From contig OZ245006.1 of assembly GCA_965223545.1 (NCBI GenBank), positions 2,720,001-2,784,000 of the forward strand: a DNA stretch of 64,000 nt, read 5' to 3'. The translations under genes and the position numbers were made by a program. The notes under the pieces were generated by a model. That model was not told the DNA's origin. It did no database searches and saw only the letters and a list, made by a program, of their open reading frames with translations. Source of the stretch: Planctomycetota bacterium. GTDB lineage: Bacteria; Planctomycetota; UBA1135; UBA2386. Shown piece by piece: positions 9,900-20,551 of the stretch. How positions within the stretch are numbered: the first letter of the stretch is position 1; each line of letters begins with the position of its first letter.

Positions 9900-11271
9900 T
9901 TCGCTCCCACCACCGCGTCGATCGCGTTCGACGTGGCGAACCCGAGCGCGAGCGCGGGGTCCGAGGCGTAGCCCTGCAGGAACATCGACCGACCGACCAG
10001 GCTTGGGAGGTTTGCCAGGGGAAGGCTCCACTGGGTGTTGCCCTGCGCATCCGCGCGCCCCGCGAATGCGAGTTCCACGGAGGCGAGCACCTGGCACGTG
10101 CTCGGCAAGAGAGTCAATGGGAGAGTCGCCCCGAGCCATTGGGTCCGGGACATTCCGGCGGTGAGCGCGACGATGGTGCCGGGGATCGCGCCGCTCAACT
10201 GGAACGTGGCGGGGAATCCGATCCATGGCAGAGAGGTCGCGATCAGCGCGGGGGTTCCTGAGGGGCGAGGGCACGCGGGGCCGTAGGGACTGGTCGTCGC
10301 CGGCGAAAGGGGGCCGTAAGACCAAAGCTCCGCCGACGTGTATGGTGTGTAGGGACCGCCCAAGAAAGTCATCGTCCGCCTACGACGGCTATCGTACGCG
10401 ATCGTGGGTACGAAAGGTTCATAGAGTGGTATTTGCGCGATCTTTAGTCTCCAATCGGTGCCGTCCCACTCCCACGTGTCAGACGACTTTCGAGAATAGT
10501 CATAATACCCGCCAAACAATACCACTACCTCTCTGGCGGCGTCCCAAGTCATCGACGTAATCCGAGGGGCTGGCGCATTTGACGGAGCTGCCTGCGTCCA
10601 CGCCGACCCATCGTATAACCACGTTTCGCCAAGTGGGCGAGTCGAGTAGCCTCCAAAGAGCACGATGCGTCTCCGCACCGGATCAAAAGTCATCGCAGCA
10701 GACATCCTCGGACTTGGAGCGACCGGCGTTGCGATCTGCACCCAGTTCACGCCATTCCATTCCCATGTGTCGCCAAGCAATCCCCCGCCCCCTGACGAGC
10801 CCTGAAGACGTCGACCTCCGAATATGACGACTCGATCGCGCACAGAGTCGTAGGCCATTGCCATGTACTCCCGCGCAGGCCCCCCCACCGCCAACGGGCG
10901 CCAAGCCACCCCATTCCACGACCACGTATCCCCAAGCGTCACGCTCGCTGTGAAGCCGCCGAACAAGAGGATGTCTTTGGCGGCACTCCGGTAACAATAT
11001 GATTGACCGACCCGGCGACCAGGGGACAAAGAGGGGTTCTGATTTGTCCAGGTGGACCCCTGAAGCGTCCAGGTTTCGTCAAAATTCTGACCCGCACCGA
11101 ACATGAAGAGCCGGTCGACCGAATCGTGATACGCGAGCTGGCTCTGCCACACTGGCGAAGTTGGGGACACCAACGTCCAGGAGCTCGATTGCGCGGAAAC
11201 GGTCGAACTCAACAGGCCGACAACGAGCAAACGACGACACCAACCAAGCGAAAGTGCTTCGGGACTGGTGT
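9896..11271 (-). pseudogene. Kelch-like paralogue 2, separated from its start codon by an IS (5' fragment at 12886-12933)
   Basis: Removing the IS and one TSD restores an in-frame 472-codon ORF, MRWLAARAHRWGEDTSPEALSLGWCRRLLVVGLL..., starting at the ATG at 12933. Confidence 0.8.
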
Positions 11272-12885
11272 GGGTGTGGCTCCGGCATTGAGCGGAGCAG
11301 CGTGATCGCACCCGAGATCTGGTGGTCGCAGGCTGGCTCGCCGCAAGTATTTGTGTAGAAGACACTTGTACAAGCATGCGCCCCTCCCTATCGGATACAG
11401 GATGCAACACCAGCGTCCTGGGAGGGGCGCTTCACGAGGGTACGTCCTCGTGAAGGTGCCAGTTGAGCACAAGGGGCTCGCCGAGTCGATGCAGAGCCTG
11501 GTCGACGCAACGGTGGCGGCGGCGGTGTCGAGCCGCGGCGGTCACGCGGTGGACTACGCGGACACGGAGAGGGCGATCGCCAAGCAGACCGCCGCGGTCG
11601 AGCGGGCAGCGCACGCGGAGGTGCTTCGCGCCCTCGACGTCGACGCGCCACGGATCCGGGTCCGAGGCGCTCTCTACGCCAGTTTCCGGCGCACGCCGGG
11701 CACGTACTTCACGATGGCGGGCGAGGTCAAAGTCGAGCGCACCGTCTATCGCCAAGTCGGCGTGCGCAACGGACCGATCCTCGACCCGATCAAGCTGCGA
11801 ACCGGTGCCTACGGCCGCGGTTGGCTTCCTCTCACCGCCCAGTGCATGGCGAACGACATTCAGCGCGGCCCGTCGCGCGATGCGGCGGATGCTGCCCGCC
11901 AGACAGGTCGGTTTCCCTATTCGCGGGCCAGCTTCGAGCGCGTCGCGCACCATGTCGGCGAGCACTGGCTTCGCGAACACGCGGACATCGAGGACATGCT
12001 CACGCAGGAGTTCGACGTGCCAGCGGAAGCCGTCGCCATGAGCGTGGCAGTCGACCGCGTGTCCGTGCCGATGGAAGAGGCCGCGAAGCGTCGGGCGGGC
12101 CGACCGCGCAAGGACGCGCCAAAGCGGCCCGTAGACCGGAACTTCCGGATGGCCTACTGCGCAACGATCACTTTGCACGACGCCGAAGGGGCGAGCCTGC
12201 ACACGCTCCGGTACGGGTGCATGCCGGAAAGCGACGTCGACCTGTGGTTCGCTCAGATCGCCGGCGAGGCGTACAGGCTGTTGCAGAAGAGCCCGGACCT
12301 GCGAGTGAAGCTGCTGTCCGACGGTGCCCACGAGATGTGCAACCTGCTCCACACTCACTTCCCCGCCGCGGTGTTCGGCAACGTCGAGCAAGGCATCGAC
12401 TTCTGGCACGTGGTCGAGAAGCTGGCGCCGGCCGCCGAGGTGATCTTCGGTGCAGACGGCGCCAAGTCGGAGTTGCACCGTTGGCGCGTTCGATTGCGCT
12501 GCGCGAACAGCGCAGCCGAAGAGATCCGCGCCGAACTGCGCGGTTCCGGCCTCGAGGATACTTGGCGGGACTCGAAGCGGCCCGTCCATGAGGCCATCAC
12601 CTATTTCGAAAACCACGCCGAGCGCATGCGGTTCGCCAGATCGCTGCGCCTTGGTCTGCCAATTGGCAGCGGAGCTGTCGAGGCCACCTGCAAGACACTC
12701 GTGGCCGTGCGTATGAAACGCGCCGGATCGCGCTGGAAGTCGACGACCGGCGAACACGTCCTCCGCCTGCGTGCTCTGCCGCTCAGCGACCGTTGGGATC
12801 AAGCGATGCACAAGCTCCACGAAACCCGACGTACCGCCGTGAAGGTGGCCGCATGATCGAGTTGCTCAATAGCGGATCCACACCC
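11272..12885 (+). mobile_element. ISKra4-like (Mutator/IS256-related) insertion sequence, 1614 bp
   Basis: 22 bp TIRs (11272-11293 GGGTGTGGCTCCGGCATTGAGC versus revcomp of 12864-12885, 19/22 match); 8 bp TSD ACTGGTGT at 11264-11271 and 12886-12893. Confidence 0.92.
11402..12856 (+). CDS. ISKra4-family DDE transposase
   Basis: VAVDRV, LSDGAHE, IDFWHVVEKL, GLPIGSGAVEATCK..RMKRAGSRW motifs; start codon uncertain. Confidence 0.9.
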   Translation: MQHQRPGRGASRGYVLVKVPVEHKGLAESMQSLVDATVAAAVSSRGGHAVDYADTERAIAKQTAAVERAAHAEVLRALDVDAPRIRVRGALYASFRRTPGTYFTMAGEVKVERTVYRQVGVRNGPILDPIKLRTGAYGRGWLPLTAQCMANDIQRGPSRDAADAARQTGRFPYSRASFERVAHHVGEHWLREHADIEDMLTQEFDVPAEAVAMSVAVDRVSVPMEEAAKRRAGRPRKDAPKRPVDRNFRMAYCATITLHDAEGASLHTLRYGCMPESDVDLWFAQIAGEAYRLLQKSPDLRVKLLSDGAHEMCNLLHTHFPAAVFGNVEQGIDFWHVVEKLAPAAEVIFGADGAKSELHRWRVRLRCANSAAEEIRAELRGSGLEDTWRDSKRPVHEAITYFENHAERMRFARSLRLGLPIGSGAVEATCKTLVAVRMKRAGSRWKSTTGEHVLRLRALPLSDRWDQAMHKLHETRRTAVKVAA

Positions 12886-12933
12886 ACTGGTGTCCTCCCC
12901 CCAACGGTGGGCCCTTGCGGCAAGCCACCGCAT

Positions 12934-14313
12934 TCACTTCGCTCCCACCACCGCGTCGATCGCGTTCGACGTGACGAACCCGAGCGCGAGCGCGGGGTCC
13001 GCGGCGTAGCCCTGCAGGAACATCGAGCGCCCGACCAGGGCGGGGAGGTTCGCCAGGGGAAGGCTCCACTGGGTGTTGCCCTGCGCATCCGCGCGCCCCG
13101 CGAACGCGAGGTCCACAGACGCGAGCACTTGGCAGGCACTCGGCGAGAGAGTCAACGGCAGAGTCGCACCGAGCCACTGAGTCTGGGACACGCCCGCAGT
13201 CATCGCGACGACTGTGCCGGGCATCGCGCCGCGCAGATCGCACGTGACCGGGAAGCCGACCCAGGGCAGGGAGGTCGCGGTCAGAGCAGGGGATCCCGAC
13301 GAGCCAGAGCACGGCAACCCATAGGGAGTCGCGCTCGCTGGAGAGATGGGGCCGTACGACCAAAGTTCGCCCGGCCCCCAGGTGGGCGTGCTGGGGCCGG
13401 CCAGGAGGGCCCTCGAGCGCCGCCGGCGCCGATCGTAGCTGAGCGAGGGGAGCGCCGGAGTGTGGCCGTTGAGGCCCTGCACGGTCCTCGACTTCCAATC
13501 GGAGCCATCCCATTCCCAGGTATCAGCTACGACCTTGAAGTAGCCATAGAACCCGCCGAACAAGACAACGACCTTGCGCGCGTCGTCCCAAGTCATCGAC
13601 GTGGCCCGAGGAAACGGAGCATTCGACGGAGACGCCTGCGTCCACACCGACCCGTCATACAACCACGTGTCGCCATAGCAGCGATGCAGGTATCCCCCGA
13701 ACAGGACGATGCGCTTCCGCTCCGCGTCATAGGCCATTGCCGCGCCCAGCCTCGGACTGGGAGCCACCGGGGTCACGATCTGGACCCAGCTGACTCCGTC
13801 CCACTCCCACGTATCGCCAAGAAACCCCGGTCCCCCTGGCGACCCCGCGGTCCGCACCCCGCCGAAGACGACGATCCGATCCCGCCCGGAGTCGTAAGCC
13901 ATCGCCATGAACGATCGGGCAGGGCCACCCACCGACAACGGCCGCCACGCCAGGCCGTCCCACGACCAGGTGTCTGCGAGGGTCACGCCCGACGCGCTGC
14001 CGCCGAACAAGACGACTTCCTTCGTGGCACTCCGATAGCAAGCCCCATGCCCCACCCGCATCCCGAGGGCCAAGGGAGCACTCTGCTTGGTCCAAGTAGC
14101 CCCCCGAAAGGTCCAGGTCTCGTCCGCGTTCAAGCCCGCACCATGCATGACCAGTTGGTCGGCAAACTCATGGTACGCGAACTGGGCGGGGGAGATCGGC
14201 GGAGACGACGACGCCAACCTCGTCCAGGAGACGGATTGCGCGGGGACGACGGCACCGACCGCGCCTACGGCGAGCAAGAAACTGCGCGAGTGGTTCGAAC
14301 CTGGCGGGAGCAT
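12934..14313 (-). CDS. Secreted Kelch-like beta-propeller protein, paralogue 3 (first in the operon)
   Basis: Same repeat pattern and C-terminus as paralogues 1 and 2; signal peptide MLPPGSNHSRSFLLAVGAVGAVVPA|Q. Confidence 0.85.
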   Translation of the reverse strand: MLPPGSNHSRSFLLAVGAVGAVVPAQSVSWTRLASSSPPISPAQFAYHEFADQLVMHGAGLNADETWTFRGATWTKQSAPLALGMRVGHGACYRSATKEVVLFGGSASGVTLADTWSWDGLAWRPLSVGGPARSFMAMAYDSGRDRIVVFGGVRTAGSPGGPGFLGDTWEWDGVSWVQIVTPVAPSPRLGAAMAYDAERKRIVLFGGYLHRCYGDTWLYDGSVWTQASPSNAPFPRATSMTWDDARKVVVLFGGFYGYFKVVADTWEWDGSDWKSRTVQGLNGHTPALPSLSYDRRRRRSRALLAGPSTPTWGPGELWSYGPISPASATPYGLPCSGSSGSPALTATSLPWVGFPVTCDLRGAMPGTVVAMTAGVSQTQWLGATLPLTLSPSACQVLASVDLAFAGRADAQGNTQWSLPLANLPALVGRSMFLQGYAADPALALGFVTSNAIDAVVGAK

Positions 14314-14594
14314 GCGGGGGTCACAAGAGCGGGCGAGCTCGGCCGCTTCTGCCCGCGTGCGCCACGATACAGCGAAGCGGGGCCGAGCGCTGTCGACCAT
14401 GGTCTCCCGCGTAACGCAAGCCGAGCACTCGGGTTCGATACCGTCGTCGCGTCGCCGGTCTGGCCGCCTCTCCACCGGCCGACGATGCCCGGCACCGACC
14501 CGCACCGCGGTCAGTGACGCGGCCCCGGTTCGCGACTATCCCCCGGACCGACCGTCGCTCGTCCCCCCGGTCGCCCGCGGAAAGGAGTCCCCGG

Positions 14595-16688
14595 ATGCGC
14601 CCGACCTGCCTGCTCGCCATCCTGCTGTGCTGCGCCCCCCTCGCCGCGCACGGCGGCCAGTTTCCACCGCCACCCTCGCTGCCTCGGGACATCCGGCTGC
14701 CGCCGCCGCCGGCCACCAGTCCGCCAATGCCGAGTGCGCCGTCTCCTTCGGGACCGACCACCCCGCGGCCGACGACGCCGCAGCCGGTGCCACCAGCACC
14801 CACGACGAGGTCACCGGCGCCGCCGACCACCCCGCCGCCGGCTCCGGCGACGACACCCCCGCCGAGTCAGCTCGGCCCGACCACACCGAGACCGCCAGGC
14901 GGCGGCGGGACCGCCGGGCCCGCCCGCCCCACGACCGGCCCGCGCGGCGCACCGCTGCAGGCCGATCCCACCGTCTGGGAGCTGTGGTGGCGCTACAACC
15001 ACCACCGCTTCCTGGACTTGCGCCGCGCGGTGCACGCGCAGCGCACGGCCACCGGCTCGGACGAGTTCTACATGGGTGCGCACCGGCGCCGGCGCGGCCA
15101 CGACAGTCTGCGACCGACCGCGGCGCAGCTGCAGGCCCTTGTGCTGCCGGCACTACGGGACACGCTGCGCTCCGATGTCCGCGACATCGTCTCGGCCAGC
15201 ATCGTCGCCCTCGCCAAGGTCGGCCGCGACCACCGTGACTTCCAGATCCTGCCGCTGATCCGCGCGCAGCTGCGCAGCCGCGACCAGGAGATCCGCGAGA
15301 CGGCCGCCGTCGCGCTGGGCATCGCGCAGTTGCCGGCCGCGGTGGAAGACCTCGTCGCGCTGGCGCGGGACACCGCAAAGGGCCGCGCCCTGTGTGCGCG
15401 CGGCAACGTCGATGACCGCACGCGCGCGTTCGCCTGCTACGGCCTCGGGCTGATGGCCCACGGCGGTGCCGACGGACAGGTGCGTCAGGCGTGTGCCGCG
15501 GCGCTCGGCGAGGTCGTCGAGGAGATCCTGCGCCAGGGCGGCGCCAGCCGCGACCTGCCGGTGGCCGCGATCGGCGCGATGCGTTTGCTGGCGCCGGGCG
15601 AAGGCGCGCGCCGCGACCGCGCCGCCGACACCTGCCTGGCGCAGGCGTGGAAGTTCTACCGCCGCGACCTCGGCCGCGGCTGGCAGCTGGTGCAATCCCA
15701 CGCGTTGACCACGATCGGCGCCCTCCTCGGCCGCGACGGCGACCCGGGCGCGACCTTCAAGGACGCGATCCTCGCCGAGCTGACCGGCGCCCGCGGCCGG
15801 CGGGGCAACGACATCTACCGCGCCGCGGCCTTGGCGCTGGGGCGGATGGCGAAGCCGGCCGAAGAGGACGCGGCACAGGCCAAGTACTCGAAGGGGCTGT
15901 GGACGTACGTGCGCGAAGGCCGCGACGCGCAGGCGCGCTCGTTCTGCTTGATGGCGCTGGGCCAGATCGGCGGGGACGCCAACCGCGACGGACTCCTGCG
16001 CCAGCTGCACGCCGGCAACCGGGTCCTGGTCCAACCCTGGGCCGCGCTGGCGCTGGGCGTGCTCGCGTTCCACACACCGGGGCCGGACGACACGATCGGC
16101 CACGCGCTGCAGCAGCAGCTGGTGCGGGCTTCGAGCCCGGATGCGCAGCGCGCCGTGGCGATCGCCGTGGGTCTGTGCCGCCACCGGCCGGCGGCCGACA
16201 TCGTCACCGAGATGTTGCACCGCTACCGCCAGCGCGACGAGGTCGCGGGATCGCTGTCGACGGCGCTGGCCCTCATGGACCACCGCGACGCCGTGCCGCT
16301 ATTGCAGGCGTTGGTCCACGACTCACTGCGCCGGCCGCTGCTGTTCCGGCAGGCCGCCAGCGCTCTCGGCAAGCTCGGCGACAAGGCGATCACCGACGAG
16401 CTGTTGGCGATGCTGGCCGCGGATGGCGGCCGCAGCGTGGCCCGGCTAGGCGCGGTCGCGAACGCGCTGGGCTACGTCGGCGACCGGCGCACCATCGAAC
16501 CGCTGGTCGCCCTGGCCCGCGACGAGCGCCTGCCCGGCCTGGCACGCGCCTTTGCGGTCGTCGCGCTGGGCAGCGTCGCCGACAAACAAATGCTGCCGTG
16601 GAACGCGCCGCTCGCCGCCGACATCAACTACCGGGCCGCGGTCGGCACGCTGACGAACGGGAGCACGGGGGTGTTGGACGTGTTCTAG
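14595..16688 (+). CDS. Secreted HEAT-repeat protein with Pro/Thr-rich N-terminal linker
   Basis: AAAGGAG upstream of ATG; signal peptide; Pro-rich tract; repeated AA.ALG helices. Confidence 0.85.
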   Translation: MRPTCLLAILLCCAPLAAHGGQFPPPPSLPRDIRLPPPPATSPPMPSAPSPSGPTTPRPTTPQPVPPAPTTRSPAPPTTPPPAPATTPPPSQLGPTTPRPPGGGGTAGPARPTTGPRGAPLQADPTVWELWWRYNHHRFLDLRRAVHAQRTATGSDEFYMGAHRRRRGHDSLRPTAAQLQALVLPALRDTLRSDVRDIVSASIVALAKVGRDHRDFQILPLIRAQLRSRDQEIRETAAVALGIAQLPAAVEDLVALARDTAKGRALCARGNVDDRTRAFACYGLGLMAHGGADGQVRQACAAALGEVVEEILRQGGASRDLPVAAIGAMRLLAPGEGARRDRAADTCLAQAWKFYRRDLGRGWQLVQSHALTTIGALLGRDGDPGATFKDAILAELTGARGRRGNDIYRAAALALGRMAKPAEEDAAQAKYSKGLWTYVREGRDAQARSFCLMALGQIGGDANRDGLLRQLHAGNRVLVQPWAALALGVLAFHTPGPDDTIGHALQQQLVRASSPDAQRAVAIAVGLCRHRPAADIVTEMLHRYRQRDEVAGSLSTALALMDHRDAVPLLQALVHDSLRRPLLFRQAASALGKLGDKAITDELLAMLAADGGRSVARLGAVANALGYVGDRRTIEPLVALARDERLPGLARAFAVVALGSVADKQMLPWNAPLAADINYRAAVGTLTNGSTGVLDVF

Positions 16689-16714
16689 AGGCGCGATCCC
16701 TCTACAACCACGTC

Positions 16715-17173
16715 ATGACCATCCCGACGCCCCGTTCCGCCGTCGCACTGATTGCACTGGCGTTCGCGGTCTGCGCCTGCAACACCACGCAACCCACCGA
16801 CGCCATGCAAGAGCCCACGGAGGAAGGCATCCTCATCCAGTACCTCGAGATCGTCACCCCCGACGTGAATGCGACGTGCGACGCCCTGGAGCAGACGCAC
16901 GGCGTGCGCTTCGGCGAGCCCGACGCCGGGTTCGGCAACGCCCGCAAGGCGGCGCTCGAAGGCGGCGGACAGATCGGAGTCCGCGCGCCCATGCGCGCGG
17001 ACGAACACCCCGTGGTACGACCGTATCGCCTCGTCGAAGACATCGAAGCCGCAGTGCAAGCGGCCGAGGCGGCGGGTGCTCAGGTCGCGATGCCGCCAAC
17101 GCCGATTCCCGGCCACGGCCAGTTCGCCATCTACATCCAGGGCGGCATCGAGCACGGCCTCTGGAAACACTGA
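16715..17173 (+). CDS. VOC/glyoxalase-family protein with lipoprotein-like N-terminus
   Basis: IQYLEIVTPDV..VRPYRLVEDIEAAV..GQFAIYIQGGIEHGLW. Confidence 0.8.
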   Translation: MTIPTPRSAVALIALAFAVCACNTTQPTDAMQEPTEEGILIQYLEIVTPDVNATCDALEQTHGVRFGEPDAGFGNARKAALEGGGQIGVRAPMRADEHPVVRPYRLVEDIEAAVQAAEAAGAQVAMPPTPIPGHGQFAIYIQGGIEHGLWKH

Positions 17174-17182
17174 GCGAGCCGA

Positions 17183-17935
17183 TCAGCCGAAGAAGCGCGC
17201 CTCGATCCACTCCACCAGCACGCGGTCCCACCGCGTGAGTCGCTCGAGCAGCTCGGGACTGTGCTGGTCGAGGCGGCGCTCCGCGGGGCCGCCGGGCGAG
17301 ACGTTGCGGCTCTTCAGCGGCTTGTAGGTCCGGCCGAGACAGCGCGCGATCTCCTGCATGCTGCGCTCGAAGTGGCCGGCGTGGCCGACGAAGTCGAAGT
17401 AGGTCTCGATGTTGTGCTGGGCGCGCTCTACGTCGGCGGCGCCGATCTCGCCCACCGGGACCCCGGGCGCACTGCCCAGGTAGCGCACGATGCCGTTGTC
17501 GATCTCGGCGATGGCCTCGCGCTCGAACAGCTCCGCCAACCCCGCCCCGGCGTGGATCGCCTCGACGTAGCGGCGCTGCGGCTGCACGCAGGACTCCGGG
17601 TCGAGGCTGCGCACGTAGTTGAACCACGACACGACCCGCGCCGCCGGGTCGCGCACGAACGCCAGGCTGCGGCACGACTCGTGCACGCGCCACTCGGGGC
17701 GAAAGACGAAGTGGCCGTAGATCACCGCGAAGCGCTGCAAGCGCTCGAGCGGCATCGCGCCCGCCTCCTGCAGAGTGCACTGCACGGCACCGGGCACTGC
17801 CACCGGCGCCGGGTAGACGAACAGCACCTCGTCGGCGGCGAAGCTGTCGTGCAAGAAGTGGCGCACCGTCGTGCCCGCGGTCTTCGGGATGTGCACGAAG
17901 AGGTACGGCGGCCGGCGGTCGGTCGACCCGCTCAT
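17183..17935 (-). CDS. Sulfotransferase family 2-like protein
   Basis: FVHIPKTAGTT (5'-PSB) and FVRDPAARVVSWFNY (3'-PB) motifs. Confidence 0.85.
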   Translation of the reverse strand: MSGSTDRRPPYLFVHIPKTAGTTVRHFLHDSFAADEVLFVYPAPVAVPGAVQCTLQEAGAMPLERLQRFAVIYGHFVFRPEWRVHESCRSLAFVRDPAARVVSWFNYVRSLDPESCVQPQRRYVEAIHAGAGLAELFEREAIAEIDNGIVRYLGSAPGVPVGEIGAADVERAQHNIETYFDFVGHAGHFERSMQEIARCLGRTYKPLKSRNVSPGGPAERRLDQHSPELLERLTRWDRVLVEWIEARFFG

Positions 17936-17942
17936 CCGCGGC

Positions 17943-19472
17943 TCACGCCCATTCCAGCAGGGCGCCGGCGAGCGCCGGCACCGGTGCGCCGGTCGGCTCC
18001 CCCGCCTGCGGCCCGCCGCCATGCTCCGCCGCGCCGGCGATATCGAGGTGCAAGAACGGGGTCGGCACGGTGGTGCCCAGCTGGTGGCGATCCAAGCCCG
18101 ACGCGCGCTCCAAGAACGCGAACGGGAACTGGTGGCCCCGCGGCGTCGCCGACGACGGCGCGCTGTTGCACTGCACAGTGGGGCCGCCGTCCGCGCGCGG
18201 CGCGATCATCTCGTAGTCCTCGCGCCGGATGCGCGAGTGCTCGAACGGATCGCCGAGCGCGTCGCCGGCGTCGACCAGCCGCTGCGGCCAGCCGGCCGCC
18301 AGCGCGGCGTCGTTGCCCATGACGCTGCCGTAGTGGCCGTAGGCGCGGATGACGTGGCCGGTCAGCGTCGCGACGCTGCACAGCACCGACGGTCCGCCGT
18401 CCTCGAGACCTTCGCGGAACTCGGCCAGCAGGTCGGCCAGGACCATGCGGCCCTCGGCGTCAGTGTTGCCGACGACCACGTGCACGCCCGCCCGGCTGCG
18501 AATCACCTCATCGGAGACGTAGGCGTCCGCGCCGATGCTGTTGCGGACACAGCCCAACAACGCTGTCGCGCGCAAACCGGGCGGCTGCGCCGCGGCCAGC
18601 AGCCGGAAGAACCCGGCGACGCCGGCCGCGCCGCCCTTGTCGCCCGACATGCCGCGCATCGCACCGCCGACCTTGAGGTCGGCGCCGCCGGTGTCGTAGG
18701 TGACTCCCTTGCCGGCAAAGCAAAAGTGGGTGCCCGATCCGCCGTCGTAGTGCAGGCGCACGATGCGCGGGTGATGTCGCGGCACCGCCAAGCTGGCGCG
18801 GGCGACCGCACCGAGCAGCGGGTACTCCCGGCTGATGGCGGCGGCATCGCGCTCCACCGAGACCTGCACCGCCGAGCCGGAGAACTCGGCCTCACAGCGC
18901 GCCGCGAATCCCTCGGGTGCATGAAACTCCGGATCGCCGGCGGTGAGATCGCGCGCCATCCACCGGCCGGCCTCCAGCGCCGCCGCGCGCGCCAACAGCT
19001 CGGGATCGGCGGCGGCGACGCCGATCTCCGCCAGCTCGCTCGCCGAGCCCCACTGCGGGTGCACCCAGGCGACGTCGGCCGCCGCCGCCGCCGCCACGAC
19101 TAGCGCGCGGGCGAACCGCGGCTCGGCACACACGTCGACATACAGCGCCGGCCGCTTGGCGCCGGCGCGCACCGCGCGCCGCACGCCCAGCACCGCGGCT
19201 TCGGCGTAGCGCCGCACGTCGTCGGTGAAGTGGGACAGAGGGCCGGTCGGCGCCAGCACCATGCGGCCGCCCGGGGCGTCGCCGCAGGCCGCCATCGCGG
19301 TCTGGCCGCGGGGCGGCGCGGGCTCGATCGCCAGCCGCGCCTCCAGCGCGCCACGCACTGCCGGCGACAGGGACACCGCTCCCCAGGGCGCCGGCCCCAC
19401 GAGCACCAGGGCGTCGCAACCCGCCGCGTCGTCGAGCGAACGCAGCACCGGAATCGTCGGGCTCGCACTCAT
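17943..19472 (-). CDS. M17 leucyl aminopeptidase family
   Basis: GKGVTYDTGGADLK, MSGDKGGAA, NTDAEGRMVLAD, ATLTG, HLDIAG. Confidence 0.92.
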   Translation of the reverse strand: MSASPTIPVLRSLDDAAGCDALVLVGPAPWGAVSLSPAVRGALEARLAIEPAPPRGQTAMAACGDAPGGRMVLAPTGPLSHFTDDVRRYAEAAVLGVRRAVRAGAKRPALYVDVCAEPRFARALVVAAAAAADVAWVHPQWGSASELAEIGVAAADPELLARAAALEAGRWMARDLTAGDPEFHAPEGFAARCEAEFSGSAVQVSVERDAAAISREYPLLGAVARASLAVPRHHPRIVRLHYDGGSGTHFCFAGKGVTYDTGGADLKVGGAMRGMSGDKGGAAGVAGFFRLLAAAQPPGLRATALLGCVRNSIGADAYVSDEVIRSRAGVHVVVGNTDAEGRMVLADLLAEFREGLEDGGPSVLCSVATLTGHVIRAYGHYGSVMGNDAALAAGWPQRLVDAGDALGDPFEHSRIRREDYEMIAPRADGGPTVQCNSAPSSATPRGHQFPFAFLERASGLDRHQLGTTVPTPFLHLDIAGAAEHGGGPQAGEPTGAPVPALAGALLEWA

Positions 19473-19476
19473 CGCT

Positions 19477-19725
19477 TCACTGCCTCCAACCACCCATACC
19501 GTCGAACGGAGTCCGCCCCGCGCTGCCGCGCATCTTCAACGCGACCAGGACGAACAGGCCACCGAGACTCAAGAACGCCGCCGCGACCATGGCCGCCAAC
19601 AGCTGGGGCCAGATCGCGATGGCGAGGCCCACCGCGAGCAACACCACGCCGGGCACGAACACGGTCAACCACGCGCGCGGCCCGGCGGCGCGGTGTAGCA
19701 CGAACTGTCGCATCGAGGGGTCCAT
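19477..19725 (-). CDS. Small two-TM membrane protein
   Basis: Two hydrophobic segments; stop lies 4 bp upstream of the aminopeptidase start. Confidence 0.6.
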   Translation of the reverse strand: MDPSMRQFVLHRAAGPRAWLTVFVPGVVLLAVGLAIAIWPQLLAAMVAAAFLSLGGLFVLVALKMRGSAGRTPFDGMGGWRQ

Positions 19726-19948
19726 CGGGGCTCTCCGGCCTGCGGTCCTTGGCGCGGGGGGCGTGGGTTTGCGCGGACAACAAGACAGCTTTGCTCCACG
19801 CCCCGCCGCGGTTGCGCGTGACGGTCGAAACCCGGAATATCCGGAACGCTCACCAGCATGGTGCCTGGCCCGGCCGGTGCAAGCGCCTAAAAGCCACGGA
19901 CCGCCGGCAAACCAATCTCGAGGCCCCACCCGGAGACGGCAGAGCGCA

Positions 19949-20485
19949 GTGTTCCACATCACCTTGTTCGGCGGCGGCCAGGGCGAAATGGCGCCCTCCG
20001 GCCTGACCGCTCTGACGCTCTTCGGCGCCACCGAGCTCCGGCGCCCCACCCTCGCCGCCGAGATCCTGCACCTGCGTGCCGAGCGCGAGCAACGCCGCGG
20101 CCTGTGGTCGCGCCTGCTCGGCCAGAACCACAACCTGGCCCTCACCTTCTTCGGCGCCACGGTCCTGGTAGCGCCCACGCTGGTCGAGGAGTACCAGGCG
20201 ATGACCGGCCTGCTGCGCAGCGGCCTGCTGACGCCGGGCGAGTCCCAGGCGCTGATCGATCAGCTCAGCTCGCAGCAGTTCGAGCGCAGCCAATGCCGGA
20301 TGCTCACCGTCTTCGGCACCTGCACGCGGCGGACGCCGAGCGCGGGGCGCGAGCGAAAGGCGTTGGAGGCGGCCGAGAAGGCCGGCACCCTCGGCAACGA
20401 CGTGCGCACCGCCCTCGAAGATCTGATCGCCGCCCCGCCGTCGGCGCGGCTGCGCGGCCTGTCCGCGCTGTGCGCGGTGTCGTAG
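19949..20485 (+). CDS. Hypothetical protein with repeated TLFG/TFFG motifs
   Basis: GC3-biased frame; GTG start after GGAG; repeats TLFGG, TLFGAT, TFFGAT, TVFGT. Confidence 0.65.
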   Translation: MFHITLFGGGQGEMAPSGLTALTLFGATELRRPTLAAEILHLRAEREQRRGLWSRLLGQNHNLALTFFGATVLVAPTLVEEYQAMTGLLRSGLLTPGESQALIDQLSSQQFERSQCRMLTVFGTCTRRTPSAGRERKALEAAEKAGTLGNDVRTALEDLIAAPPSARLRGLSALCAVS

Positions 20486-20551
20486 ACCGGCGCGCATCGG
20501 TCGCGGCAGATCGCTGTTGGCTTTTGCCGGCGAACCCGGCACAACCCTTCC

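Noticed and set aside
11079..11288. ATG at 11288 as a frameshifted start for Kelch paralogue 2
   Set aside because: It lies inside the IS terminal repeat; the in-frame start is at 12933.
8532..14313. Diversity-generating retroelement explanation for the Kelch repeats
   Set aside because: No reverse transcriptase in the window, and differences between copies are not confined to adenines.
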